64,000 bases of DNA from Podarcis pityusensis (lineage: Eukaryota), in assembly GCA_964106645.2 (NCBI GenBank), contig OZ067043.1. One strand, 5' to 3'. Under the pieces are notes generated by a model. It did not search any database, was not told the origin of the DNA, and worked only from the letters and a program-made list of their open reading frames with translations. Positions 52,102-64,000 of this stretch are shown piece by piece. Made by a program: the position numbers and the translations under genes. The first letter of the stretch is position 1; every line of letters begins with the position of its first letter.

Positions 52102-53379
52102 TCCTACCACCCCCATTTCTGATCAGTGACAAGAAATCCTGCCATGGAAAACAAGCAAGATGTGCATGTTGTCGGTTAATTTATGGAAATCTACACTGTT
52201 TATTCTACCAGCTGGATTAGGGCTCTTTACATGCTGAATTCCAGACCCCTAACCATGATGCTTCAGGGCCTTGCTCCCAAGCACATTACCCGAGTACAAT
52301 GTATCTAACCTTTTCACTTCTTCGAACCCCCAGTGTGTCACCTGTGGTCATGTATATGGCCCTTTCTCTCATCTGTGCACCCACAGCAGAGAGACTCATC
52401 ATTTGCTCTCAGCAGGTGCCTCTATTAATCACTGCAGGTGCATATGTGCTTTCTGCTAATGCGTTTCTCCCTCCTCATTGGGGCTCTGTTGCAAAACTGG
52501 CTGCCACCAGCAGATATCTTAGGCAATTAATTAAGATGTCATTTATAGGCCCATTGGGTGACCTTAATTAAACTGTAAAATGGTGAACACTAATAAGAAA
52601 GATGATATCCCCATAGGTGGCAAATCAAGTGAATTAACCTCCCAGTAAGGAATCGTGGCTTCATTTGATAGAGGGTCTGAGGAACAACCAAAGCATTGGA
52701 GCAGGACTATGGGTTGCCTCCCCCCACCACACCCCCTGCTAGCAAAGCACAGGATGCTCTGTGAAAACGATGCTGCAGCTAATGCATGCATTTGGGACTT
52801 CCCATAAAGCCAGCTCTCGCTTACGTGGAGCGCCTATTGATCGAAGTGTCTTGTATATTCCCTACATTGTCCCCCATCAAAATAGCGCGATGGCAATGGC
52901 ACTCCCAGTAATTGGAGCTTCTAATTGCCAATGCTCTGGATGTCTCCCAAGCCATTCTGATAAATGGCGCTATTATGCACACACAACGCAAACAGTCACC
53001 CATATTTTATTTATATGCATCTTGCAGAATTGAGTCAATAATTTACTCTACAGATGATTCCTATTCAATAGAGTTTTCTCTTTGATATATTAGCTACTTT
53101 GAGTAAAAACCGAACTTACTCACACCAGTCAAGATTAAAGAGCAGCAGAATGAAGACAGAGCAAACTGTGGCCGTCTCTGGAACATATCCTGGAGCTAAT
53201 TTTTAGGGGACGGGGGGTGGGGAGGAGTCTGGACTCACCCTATAGCCAGTAAGGGGGGGGGGAGGAAAATCCTATTACCATATGTCAGTCTTTGCCAACC
53301 TTGTGCCCTCCAGCCAACATATGTGTGAGCTTTGTGCCTCACCTGGGATTTGAAACTGGGTCTCCCAAGTCATAAAAAA

Positions 53380-53694
53380 GATAAAGGTAAAGGACCCCTG
53401 GACAGTTAAGTCTGGTCAAAGGTGACTCTGTGGTTGCGGCGCTCATCTTGCTTTCAGGTCAAGGGAGCCGGCGTTTGTCCACAGACAGCTTTCCAGGTCA
53501 TGTGGCCAGCATGACTAAACCACTTCTGGTGCAACAGAACACCGTGACGGAAACCAGAGTGCATGGAAATGCCGTTTACCTTCCTGCTGCAGCAGTACCT
53601 ATTTATCTACTTGCACTGGCATGCTTCCAAACTGCTAGGTTGGCAGAAGCTGGGACAGAGCAATAGGAGCTCACCCTGTTGCGGAGATTCAAAC
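53380..53694 (-). mobile_element. Sauria SINE, 5'-truncated, colinear
   Basis: Same subfamily as 9040-9413 (gtccacagacagctttcc and accgtgacggaaaccagag diagnostic segments). Confidence 0.92.
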
Positions 53695-54666
53695 TATAAT
53701 TATTTCTTTCCTACCTTTAGGGATGCAAATACAAATCTTTCCAAGGTAGGGCACCAAAGATCCTTATGACTTGGTGTGTGGGTGTGGGTGTGTATTCCTT
53801 ATTATTATTATATAATACAAGCCATCAGGGTCTTTCTGACTGGGTACATAGTATCAGTTCATCATCTTACTCTAACAGAGAACTCTGGGCCAAATTACAT
53901 AGCATGTTAGCTCATGTAGCTGGCCTTTAAGTTCAGGAGGTTTTAAAACACAAATTGCCACCATGCAGGGCAAGGAGAAATCTTAGCAATACTGGGTATG
54001 GATGCTTTTCCTTCCACACTCCAAATCCAGCTCAGGGCCCTTAAACCTGTAGTTTGCATTGGGCTGTTTGTTTGGTTTTTTGTTTGTATTAAAGCTCTCA
54101 TATGCTTCAAGTGGAACTTTTTCTCTCTATGCAGCTTGTAGATGATTTGGCGAGGGTGGGGAATCAGGACCAGGGACATAGTGGGGCAAAGAGTTAAAGC
54201 CATGTACTCCACACCCTTGAATCCTGCTCCAGATCAGGGGCCCCTCACTACCACCACAGCACAGCTAACTATGGGTGTAAGCAGGTAGCAGTTTCCACCC
54301 TGTCCTGTGTTCATCGCAAGCAGCACAGTTTCCATTCTGCTTCAGTTCAGCTTCCACTAAAGCCAGCCTTATTTCTGCCCCCATTTCCACGTTTGACAGA
54401 ATGCTCCAGCGTGCCAACAGCTAATGCAATGTGCAGTTTGGGCCTCGGATAGCTAGCACTAAAAGAAATAGAACTGAAACATGGCAAACAAGAGGCATGA
54501 GAATGCTTGTGGTGGGACCCTGAAGCACAAAAATTAGAGTGCTCAGATGCAAAAGAGGGCAGGGCAACTATTGTACCTTTAATAGTTGCACAGAAGACAA
54601 TGTTGCAGCAGGTGCAGTTTGCCAGGCAAGCAACAGCTGCTGAAATGCCATCTCCTATACAAGGCA

Positions 54667-54812
54667 AGCAGGATAGCTCTGTTAGTAGAGCATGAGACTC
54701 TGAACCTCAGGGTTATGGGTTTGAGCCCCACATTGAGCAAAAGATTCCTGTACTGCAAAGGGTTGGACTTGATTACCCTTGAGATCCATTCCAACTCTAT
54801 GATTTTATGATT
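54667..54812 (+). mobile_element. tRNA-Lys-derived SINE with CR1-type tail
   Basis: ggatagctctgttagtagagcatgagactctgaacctcagggttatgggtttgagcccca head followed by the CR1 tail gggttggact...ccaactctatgatt. Confidence 0.8.
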
Positions 54813-55099
54813 AAAGGTGCAGGAGCCCTGGACTTTTTCTTTTTTTTACAGCTGATTTCCCTACCTAAAGTATTATTTGGGAGAGGGCATCTAAATGGAC
54901 AGCTCACACACACACATATATATATGCCAAACACACAGCCCAGTAAAAACTGAGCGGGCTCAGTAGCCAAGGGATGTTAAGTGCCAGCTGGAAAATGAAA
55001 ATGAAAATGGTGTGGGAAGAGTGAGAAGCCCTTCTGGGAGGCTGGCTGAAGCCCTGAACAGAAGAGAGGATTCACTGCAACATTTTGTTGCAGGTCCCA

Positions 55100-55265
55100 C
55101 TTGCCATGATGAATAACCATTCCTCCAGGAATTGGTCTTCTTGTCCCCTCTTCAAATTATCTAAACTATTAGCCATCATGTGCTGTAGGAGCAAATTCCA
55201 TAAATTAGGTATGCATTGTTTTGAAGAAGTGCCACTTGTGCTTATAAAGCGTCCTATCAAGAAAA
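55100..55265 (-). mobile_element. Old CR1 3' fragment
   Basis: Minus-strand translation IPNLWNLLLQHMMANSLDNLKRG..QFLE resembles the CR1 ORF2 C-terminus. Confidence 0.55.
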
Positions 55266-55844
55266 TATTATTAGGTACACACGCTGTGCTAATAACTTTA
55301 AAAGAAAATTGGAAGCTTCTTGTTTATTTATTTATTTTAATGTTAGAAGATTTAGAAAGGGGAAATTCTTTATATCTACTGCAGCAGCCTCTATATGCAT
55401 TAGGTTTAGGAAGAATCATTACAAATTTCTGTATCAATGGCACTGAGTGCCAGAAAAATTAAGTAAGATATACGGCAACTGAAATATTAGAGACGTGATG
55501 AGGACAGAGCTGATTTTGAACAGATTATTGAGAATATTCAAGGTCTGTTGAACACACTTGTAAAGTATATTACAGGGTGCATAATTCCATTAAAAAGAAA
55601 TAGAGGTGAAAGTACTGAGTTATATTAAATATTCAGTTAATCAGGGGGAAAAGTGAGACCTGCAACAAAATATTGCTGCACAGAGTACTCCTGTTCAGGG
55701 TTCCAGCAAGCCCTTTACTTGGATACTCTATTCTGCCTTGATCCCCCAGTTTTCTGTTCTCCCTCTGCAACAGCTACTCAACATTCCTTGGCCAGAAAGC
55801 ATGCTAAGTCCTCACTGGGCTCTTTTCTTGTTAGGTAACAGAAG

Positions 55845-56113
55845 GCAGCCTTCCCCCAATCTGGTGTCGTCCAGATGTTTTTGCAGCTGGGTTCCAATTC
55901 CCAGCAGCTCCAGCCAGCACAGTCAATTGCCCAAGAAAATCTGCAGGGCATCAGGTTGGGGAAGACTGACATAGAGTAGGGATGGGAAACCTGTGGCCCT
56001 CTAGATCTTGCTGGAGTCCAATATCCATCATCCCTGACTATTGGCCATGCAGACTGGGGCTGATTGGAGTTGGAGATCAACAACATCTGGGGAGCCACAG
56101 CTTCTCTATTTCT
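55845..56113. mobile_element. Two adjacent short URR1-like hAT MITEs
   Basis: cagccttccccaa../ttggggaagactg and gggatgggaaacctgtggccctctagat../atctggggagccacag. Confidence 0.55.
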
Positions 56114-57165
56114 GACACAGAGGCATATATGCTGCATCCATATTCCTATCTTCTGTATTCTATTAATACACATTCATGAAGTATGCATAGGATACAGTGC
56201 AACACCTGCATGGCAAAGTTTAATATTTGTGTCTGTAAACCGTAAATGAAAATAAAATATTTATTAAAAAAAATAAAATTGGTATTTGTACATAGAAAGC
56301 AAAGGTTCTCTCCTGGAAACAGAGATGCATATCTCAAAGAACAGAGGGCTGATTTTTCAGCATCACCAGAAGACAGAATATTCAGCAGGCAATTACTTCT
56401 GCTGCTGAACCCAAGCAGCATAGCAGAGCAGCCCGATAACTACTGCTCACCTCATGGCTGCCGGAGAGCACATCCCTGGACCACTTCCCAGAGTATCAGA
56501 CACTTGAAGGAAAATCAAGATTGATTCTGCTTCTCTTGCCAAGGCTCTCCTCCCCTTTCAATTTATTTGGACCTCTTCAGAGACTCTTGCTGAGAAATGC
56601 ATCAATGCTACATATTGTGGATTCTCTTTGTATTTTTACCAGCACTCCAGGGCCAAACTCATAGCAAGACTCAACTGCAATGGTCTGATGAATTTACACC
56701 AAGGAGAATTTGTGGCTCTGGTTTGCCATGGTTAACCGTATGATGACGGGAGGCAGGCATGTAGGTGAGGAGCTCAGCCATTGCAAACGTTGCAAATTTT
56801 CCTATAGCAAGGCATTTAAAATGACTTTTCTTTTCTTTTTTTTATTAAGGCAGATATCTCAAAGACATTTTTAACAATTATATTTTATAGCATTACATAG
56901 TTTTGTATTTGATGAGAACCACAGAGCTAAAACTTAAGGTTATATTTCACTCTTTAATACTATCTGGTTTAACTAAGTTATGAGGCACGCAAATAATAAT
57001 AACAATCAAAGAGTCTTGTGGGACTTTTAGGACTAACATCTACTTAGTAATTCTATATCTATAATCTATCTATCTATATATCTATTCATCATCATCATCA
57101 TTTGCATTTCTTGTCTGCTCTTCAGAAGGTCCTAAGGTAGGTTATAGCATATAAAAACACAGTTA

Positions 57166-57437
57166 CCATACTTTTCTGTGTATAAGACTATGTTTTTTTT
57201 ACTGAAATATTATGTTTAAAATAGGGGGTCATCTTATACATGGGTAGTGCTTAGAGGGGATGTGGGATTGGTTGATACTGCGATCTGGAGATGGTCTGCA
57301 GCATGTTATGTTGATGATATTTGGCAATCCCCCCCTTTAAAAAAGCTCAACAACTCTGGGCAATTCTCTTAATTTTTAGTCCCTCAAAATAGGGGGCATC
57401 TTATACATGGGGGCATGTTATACATGGAAAAGTACGG
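57166..57437. mobile_element. Tc1/mariner-superfamily MITE with CCGTACTTTT termini
   Basis: TA|CCATACTTTTCTGTGTATAA...TTATACATGGAAAAGTACGG|TA. Confidence 0.85.
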
Positions 57438-57471
57438 TAATACAGCAAACAACAACAACAACAACCTCACC

Positions 57472-57929
57472 TGTAATGGTTTCTAAGGGGGTTGCTCGTG
57501 CGTAAGCAGGTGCCTATCTTCCTGGCTGGGTGCAAACACCTGGCTGGGCTGCCAAAGTGAACCTCCTCTGTCCGGACAGCTACTCACCCGTGGCTGACTC
57601 AATCGCTGGCAGAATCCATGAGTGGGCGTTTCTTAAACTTCTTCCAGCAAAGAAGCTCTTTGACGCCTAGTCTCCGCCTACCCTCTCTGCGTGAAAGCCT
57701 TCTGCGCAGGGAGGGCGTGGGCAACAGAGGACCCCTACTCTTCCCGCTGGTCCCAGGCAAGGAGTCATGAGACCGCCTCACCACTTCCCCCACCTGCCCC
57801 CCTTCTCCACTGGTGCTACGCTGATTCTCTTCCCCAGAAGATGGGCTGCTTCTCCCGATCCCTGGATGCTCTCTGGAATCCCTCTGGCTTTCGCGCTCTC
57901 CCTCCAGTACTGATGGCAGTTCCCTGACA
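57472..57929 (-). mobile_element. Solo LTR (Gypsy-like)
   Basis: Minus strand TGTCAGGG...CCATTACA; perfect 5-bp TSD TCACC (57467-57471, 57930-57934). Confidence 0.85.
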
Positions 57930-57939
57930 TCACCCATAA

Positions 57940-58320
57940 AAAAAATCACAGGGCAGTGTAAAAAGTGACTCTCCAACAACTGACAAAAGCTGCAAAGAGA
58001 TGTTGCTAGATGCACCTCTGTAGGAAGGGAGATCCATATTCTTGAAGTCATCACTGAGAATGCCCTCTCATGAGACACTATCCTCCTGAAACTCTTAAGA
58101 GTGGTAGAACTAACTACCTTGAAGGTTTCCTCCACTAACTGAAGTCTCCAGTCTGATCTACAGGGGCCAGGTATTAGGGGCCTATGGCTGTTAAGCCTTT
58201 GAACACTAACATGAGCACCTTGAAATGGGCTGAGAAGGTAATGGGGAGCCAGGGAAGCTGCTTCAGAACAGGTATTATCTGCATTCTCACCAACAAGGCA
58301 TGCCAGGCAGCTATAGCCAG
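57940..58320 (-). mobile_element. Degenerate L2 LINE 3' fragment
   Basis: IIPVLKQLPWLPITFSAHFKVLMLVFKGL and ERAFSV..RIWISLP match L2 ORF2 C-terminal motifs. Confidence 0.8.
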
Positions 58321-59729
58321 TAGAGGAGGAAAGATGTGGATACTGTATGTCCACATGCTACATTCACAGCCCCATCATGCCCAACACACCCATGGAATCA
58401 ACAAAAACTGTATACCACTACTGTGGTTGGCATTGCTAATCCCACCCTATGTGGTCAATGGGAGGGGAAAAGAAAACACAGTAGTCCACTCAGCCACTGT
58501 GAAACAGCAGGACACTGTGGCTCTGGTGGTTACTCTGCCATCTTCTTCCCCCACCCCCAGGTCATAATGGTAAGTTAGGACTGCTCTGTAAATCCTCTGG
58601 GAAGTCTATTTTAGCATTGCATTTCATCTAAGTTCAATAAGAACAACAACAATAAAAATAAATGCTGGTATTCCTCTGATACATGAATTACATTTGTTAT
58701 TCTTTAATGGACCTTGAATCCAGGAAGACATATGCAGTCATCACATTGATCCGTCCAGTCCAGTATTCTTGCTTACTCTGAGTCACAGAGTTACACAAAG
58801 CCTCAGGCAGCAGCCTTTCCTGGCTCTGCGACCTGAAATCAGGACAAGTCTGAGATTCAACCTGGGACCTCGTGCAAGTCAAGTCCTATTTATTTATCTA
58901 TTTTATTTATTTCATAAAAATGTATATATTGCTTGATTCTAAAAAGCCTGAAAGTGGTTTACAAAAAGATAAAATCAAGGGGGGAGGGAATCACAAGCAT
59001 GCTTTAAAATGAACAGATTTTAAAATAGTAAAAGGTATGTGCTTTTCCACTGCTATTGCTTGCAAAAGAAAGAAGGGGGGAAATTTATGTTTTTGATACA
59101 GAACTTATTGTTTTGACATATGCAAACATTGTTCTTAGCATATTGAGGTAGCACTCCATTTCCTTTTTCCATCTGGTATTAAATTGAACCTGTGTCTGTG
59201 TTGTTTAGACTTGAATACTATTAATTCCAGGCTGCTGGGGGCATGTCTGCAAAAGATGCTTTACTAACAGGCATTCGGTGGTGGAGGGAACACATACATC
59301 AAAGCAGTGCCAATTTAAAGTGCTCCATGTAAAGAGCTGGCCACAGCTTGTGTTCTTCAGCACAATGGAAAGCCAGGAAAGCAGTCAAATAACTAAGAAG
59401 AATGGGACAAAGGTCAATTCCCCCTGAAAAGAGGAAAAGGAATATGTTTAATTTCAAAGGAAAAACATTCTTCATAAGAAAAATAAATTAATACAAAATT
59501 GGCATGTCAACATGAACAAATAAAAGATCGTGCATAGTAAGTGCTATACCCGGCATGCCAAAATTTAGATTTCTATGAGACTTTGACAAACTACAAATGG
59601 AAATATGGAACAAAAGCTCTTGCAGTACAAACCCTCCTGAGTCATGAAGAAGAAAAGAAAAGAGCAAAAGTCCCAAGTCCCACTCAAGTGAAGGAATATT
59701 CTTCCCAAACTTCTTAAGAAAAAACAGTA

Positions 59730-59955
59730 CAGTGGTACCTCGCGTTACAGATACTTCAGGTTACAGACTCCGCTAACCCAGAAATAGTACCTCGGGTTAA
59801 GAACTTTGCTTCAGGATGAGAACAGAAATCGCGCGGCAGCGGCGCAGCAGCAGTGGAAGGCCACATTAGCTAAAGTGGTGCTTCAGGTTAAGAACAGTTT
59901 CAGGTTAAGAACGGACCTCCAGAACGAATTAAGTACTTAACCCGAGGTACCACTG
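59730..59955 (+). mobile_element. Tc1/mariner MITE, copy 5
   Basis: Same family; TA TSD. Confidence 0.92.
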
Positions 59956-60357
59956 TATGTGCTTCTGCCAGCCAACCAGTACAATCTCTGAGCCAGGAAG
60001 CAGCAGCAGGGGCAGCAGAGACACTCAGCAGAGGGGCAAGAACTTCCATGTACTTCTGTGAGCTGAGAGTAGGCTCATAACACCTAAGGCCTCAGGTACT
60101 GGGGCAGCTAAGGAAGGGGAAGCATTCTGTGATGGTTGTGGCAGATGGCACTGAAGGTCCTTCCTGTTCCATGGAGAGGGGTGGTGGTAGCTCAGTGGGT
60201 CAGTTTCTCACTATTTTCAAAGCCTCATTGAGCTTCTGTGAGGCTCAAACACCATACTTAGCTCCTTGGAACAAGATGGATGGATGGATGGATGGATGGA
60301 TATATAGATACTGGGAGTAAGGGATGATGACAAAGCTGTAATGATTACTCTGTAACC

Positions 60358-60479
60358 CAGGCTTCCTCAACCTGCTGCCCTCTAGATGTTGCTGGGCTAC
60401 AACTCCCATCAACCCTTACCAATGGGCTGATAGGAGGGAGTCTAAAAACAACTGGAAGACAGCAAGTTGGGAAAGGCTG
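60358..60479. mobile_element. URR1-like hAT MITE
   Basis: caggcttcctcaacct / aagttgggaaaggctg; TSD CTGTAACC / GTGTAACC. Confidence 0.75.
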
Positions 60480-61871
60480 GTGTAACCAGCTTTGTCTGGT
60501 ATGCCTGCTACAACCTAATAAGAGGGATATTCTAAGAAGAGGTACAGTGTCGATCTTGGCTTTAAATCATACTTGGGCCCTCTTACATGGACAACTCTTC
60601 TCCTGCCCATACATGTACAGAGAATTGCTTTTTATTTTATTTTTAATGAGGAGACAGTGGCACTCTGCCCTCTTTCCTAAATAAGTGCTGCACAATTCCT
60701 CAAGTGATGAAAACAGCAAGGTTAAAAATGGCAGCTTTGCCAAGTCAAAATGTTACCAGCCACCGCTGATTCTAAGGCAGCTGCCTCTTGGATACATTTA
60801 AGATCCTTGTTGAACTGAAGATGAAGTGTCTGGATATGTCAACTCCTTGCATGAGAAAATGAATGTCTGCTACCAGAGCCACCATGATCTAGTGTAAATA
60901 GTGTTCCGAAGGAAATGTTTTCAGAAACCTTTTAAAAGTGCATGAGGCCATTAAGATTCTCCATGTGACCTCCCACATTGCGAGAGCTGGAGAATTCACC
61001 CATTGGCCCCTACATCAAACCAAATACTTCTGAAACAACCAGGGAATGCCCTTTTAAAATGAAATACAGTTTTACTTTAAACAGTTTCCTACGGGAGGGC
61101 AACCTTCGCTTGGCCTGCAAGATATCCCAGTGCCCACAGGCCACACACATGCAGATTTTAAGTGAGATGAACTGAATGCTCTGCTCCTATCAATAACCAC
61201 GCTATAGCTCTTCGGGAGCAAAGTGCTCATAGCAAGCTGAAGTTTACACGAACCCTTCTTTCATATCGCTCTTCTGGTTATGAGACTACGGGGGACTGTT
61301 CACAGACTCTGTGCTCTGATATATTCCCACTTGATGTCAGAGTAAGTGGTCTGTGAATTGTCCCCCTATGTTATTTAAATTTCTCAGTTTGTCATGCTCT
61401 TGTTGACGTTAAACATGACTGAGTAGAGCGGCAGAAAAGAAAGAGCAAAGCCCAAACAGTCCACAGTGCATGGCAAGGAGAAACTGATCTGTCACTATAT
61501 TTGCATATCAGCCCCGTTAAGGTGTTGCATTGAGCAAACTTTTACTGGGACTACATGATGGGAAGGAAACATGGACTCCACCATAATGGTAAAGCAGAGG
61601 GGTAATTGCAAGAAAAATTGGTGCCCCCCCCACTTCCCCCCAAATTTGCTCCTGGGCCTTCCCAAGATTCTGAGGCTGCATACACACATTAAATTCTAAA
61701 ATGAATGGAGACTGCTTGTTTTTCTGTGTTGTCCGTACACAGTCTAGATCTATTGCATATTTTTTTGCCCCTGGAAAGTGCTTCTTGGGAAACTGGTTTC
61801 CTTCCAAAAATAAAAACTCATTGCAGATTGAGTCTGCATTACCCTGGAGTGTGTCCATTTGAAAACAGATT

Positions 61872-62000
61872 CAGAGGCAGATTTAGGGGAGTGCAACTGG
61901 TTCAGTCTCAGGGGTGCCACAGGGGACATGACAACTAAGATTTAGAATGGATCAAAAGAGATGGGGGGTGCCAAATTTGAGACTCCAAGGCCTGCCACTG
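61872..62000. mobile_element. Short hAT-type MITE
   Basis: CAGAGGCAG / CTGCCACTG ends; ACAGATT duplicated on both sides. Confidence 0.65.
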
Positions 62001-62299
62001 ACAGATTAAAACAGGTTCCAGCAATGGGAGTGGTGGTGTATCCACGCCTGCCCAGTGACAGTCTTGGTGGGCATATATCAAGATTACCATCACCCCTTCC
62101 TTCTTCTTTCACCTGGGGCAGAGAGGGAACAGCATGGAGAACCTAATCAAGAGGAGAATTTTCAACTGCATATCAAGAAAACTCAGTTGCCCTTCTGGAT
62201 GGCAGGATCTAGAATCAATCTTACTTGAAACCATTATGTTGAGGATGAACATGAATGACTGTGGATGCAAAGCCAGAAGATGGAGAACAGTGGGTGTTT

Positions 62300-62490
62300 C
62301 CCAGGAATGCCTATCTCCCATTCCCACCACCCTTCTTAGTAATACCCCTCCCCACCTTCTCACTATATAGAAGGATCTGGCAACTTCTGTTTCAGTGTAT
62401 CTGAAGAAGTGTGCTTGCACACGAAAGCTCATACCAAGAACTAACTTAGTTGGTCTTAAAGGTGCTACTGGAAGGATTTTTTTTATTTTG
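62300..62490 (+). mobile_element. Penelope-like element terminal region (5' boundary uncertain)
   Basis: ctgaagaagtgtgc..gcacacgaaagctcatacc...ttagttggtcttaaaggtgcta is typical of sauropsid Penelope ends. Confidence 0.75.
62397..62434 (+). ncRNA. Minimal type-I hammerhead ribozyme motif
   Basis: GUAU-CUGAAGA-a-GUGUGC(uu)GCACAC-GAAA-GC-UC-AUAC. Confidence 0.65.
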
Positions 62491-63559
62491 TCCCAGGAAG
62501 AAGTGTGCCTTTTTCAGGGGATAATCATTAGCAAGTGTGAAGGAAGCGTTAAGTAGCTCTTTGCCTGGAACATGGTCCTCCTTTTTATACCATTCTCTAT
62601 TTTGACCAGGTCCTATATGCTGAAACCTGGATCTGTTGCCTTTCCTCTCTCTTAAAACTTACAAGATTGTTTTACTTAGCTTACAGAGCTGCTAGGCGTG
62701 CTGCAAATTGCAGTGACAGCGAGATCTCAGACACCCACTATCTTAATTTGTGCATACACTTAGATATGAATATATATCCTATGCAAATGTAAAACAAATT
62801 TATGGATGGTAGCCAATGCTAATCTTACTGAGAGTAGACCCACCTAAAATCACAGTCATGACTAACTTGGTTCCATTAATTGCAGAGGGTCTGCTCTGTG
62901 CAGAACTTAGTTGGATACAACCCTGTGCCGCAGGACTGCTCCCCAAGTACATAGCAGCACCCCTGGTTGTGGCATTGTGCTTCCCCTGCCGCTGGTCCCT
63001 CGTCAGGTGCTACTACTCCTTCCCATCTGATACATGGTCTTTGTTTTAGGGTTATTTCATTAATGCTGAATTTATTCCACCAAAGTGTTTAAAATATTCA
63101 TTACTAGTCTTGTCACCTTTAAAATTCTGCTCTTCCAGTGTACTGTCAATAATTGTTCACTGCAGGCAGAGAACTTTAGAATGTCAATACCCCAGGAAGA
63201 AAAAGTCTTAAATGAAAAAGGTGCTAAGAAGAAGAAGAAAAGTCAATCAAAAGTTGCCAAAATAGCTCATGCCAGAATGAATTTCCACTCGGGTGCATTT
63301 TGAGCAAGGAAATTATTAACACATGCATCTGGAGCAGGTACATTAGAAGGAAGTCTGCAGAAAGAGCAAATTAATATATATGTATATTACTAAACGTATG
63401 AAATTGTAAATAAAAACACTGAGCAACAGGGCAGAAATAATTCCAAATGGAGTATAAAAAACCCCCAGAAGATCTCTCTTGGCTGCTTTCATGAATCTCA
63501 TCCAGCAGTGGTATATCTGCCCATTACAGCTATTATCCATGGTGATTATGCTGTTGTGC

Positions 63560-63950
63560 TTTATTTATTTTATTTTACTTAGCATTTTAAGCTTTGTCCT
63601 TTTTTTTTTTTATAAAAAAAACCCCTCCCAAAGTGTCTTGAAGTAAATTAAAACAATCAAAACAGAACAATGCAAATGGTCAAAGTAATTTTAAAAAGAG
63701 AGAGAAGTAAGATTACCAGCAGTGTTATAATCAGAACTAAAATATATTAAACGCCTTGGCACATCAAACAGTTTGGCACATGGCATCAAAAGGGCATAAG
63801 AATGGAAGCTGGGCAAACCTGCCTAGGAAAAGATGGGAAGTCATAGCAGAAAAGGGACCTATTCTGAGTTACTGCTCACCTTACTTCTGAAGATGGAGGC
63901 ATCCAGAGAAGATGGCCTTCATTGTTGGGCAGGATGTGCAAGTCATATAA
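63560..63950 (-). mobile_element. Degenerate L2-like 3' end
   Basis: (ttta)n tail followed by A-rich UTR and gcagaaaagg..cct motif. Confidence 0.4.
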
Positions 63951-64000
63951 AGGTGTGCTGTGCCTCCTACAAGTTGTCCCACATGGGACACTAGCCAGAG

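Noticed and set aside
54667-54740. tRNA-Lys gene
   Set aside because: Degenerate A/B boxes and fused to a CR1 tail, so it is a SINE head
57599-58354. 251-aa ORF as a host gene
   Set aside because: Spans an L2 remnant and a TSD-bounded solo LTR

Overview
Repeat-rich, AT-rich vertebrate DNA, almost certainly from a squamate and most likely a lacertid lizard. This is inferred from the repeat families: Sauria SINEs, a Squam3-type SINE and BovB with a (CAA)n tail. I cannot recognise any intact host protein-coding gene; the window looks intronic or intergenic. The ORF track is essentially chance ORFs plus retrotransposon remnants. Mobile elements present: two BovB/RTE LINE pieces, an L1-like 3' end with target-site duplication (TSD), L2/CR1/Penelope fragments, four Sauria SINEs, other tRNA-derived SINEs, two solo LTRs with 5-bp TSDs, five copies of a ~226-bp Tc1/mariner(Tigger-like) MITE, two CCGTA-ended Tc1/mariner MITEs and many hAT MITEs with 8-bp TSDs. 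Most notable observations: (1) two of four Sauria SINEs are 5'-inverted inside perfect TSDs, the twin-priming signature known mainly from mammalian L1; (2) a minimal hammerhead-ribozyme motif in the Penelope fragment; (3) a dense PBX-HOX/MEIS motif cluster near 42.3-42.7 kb; (4) relic tRNA-Leu PBS-like motifs inside a solo LTR; (5) two pre-miRNA-sized hairpins; (6) a speculative phase-compatible chain of minus-strand exons. Family names come from my recollection of consensus sequences, not from a database search.
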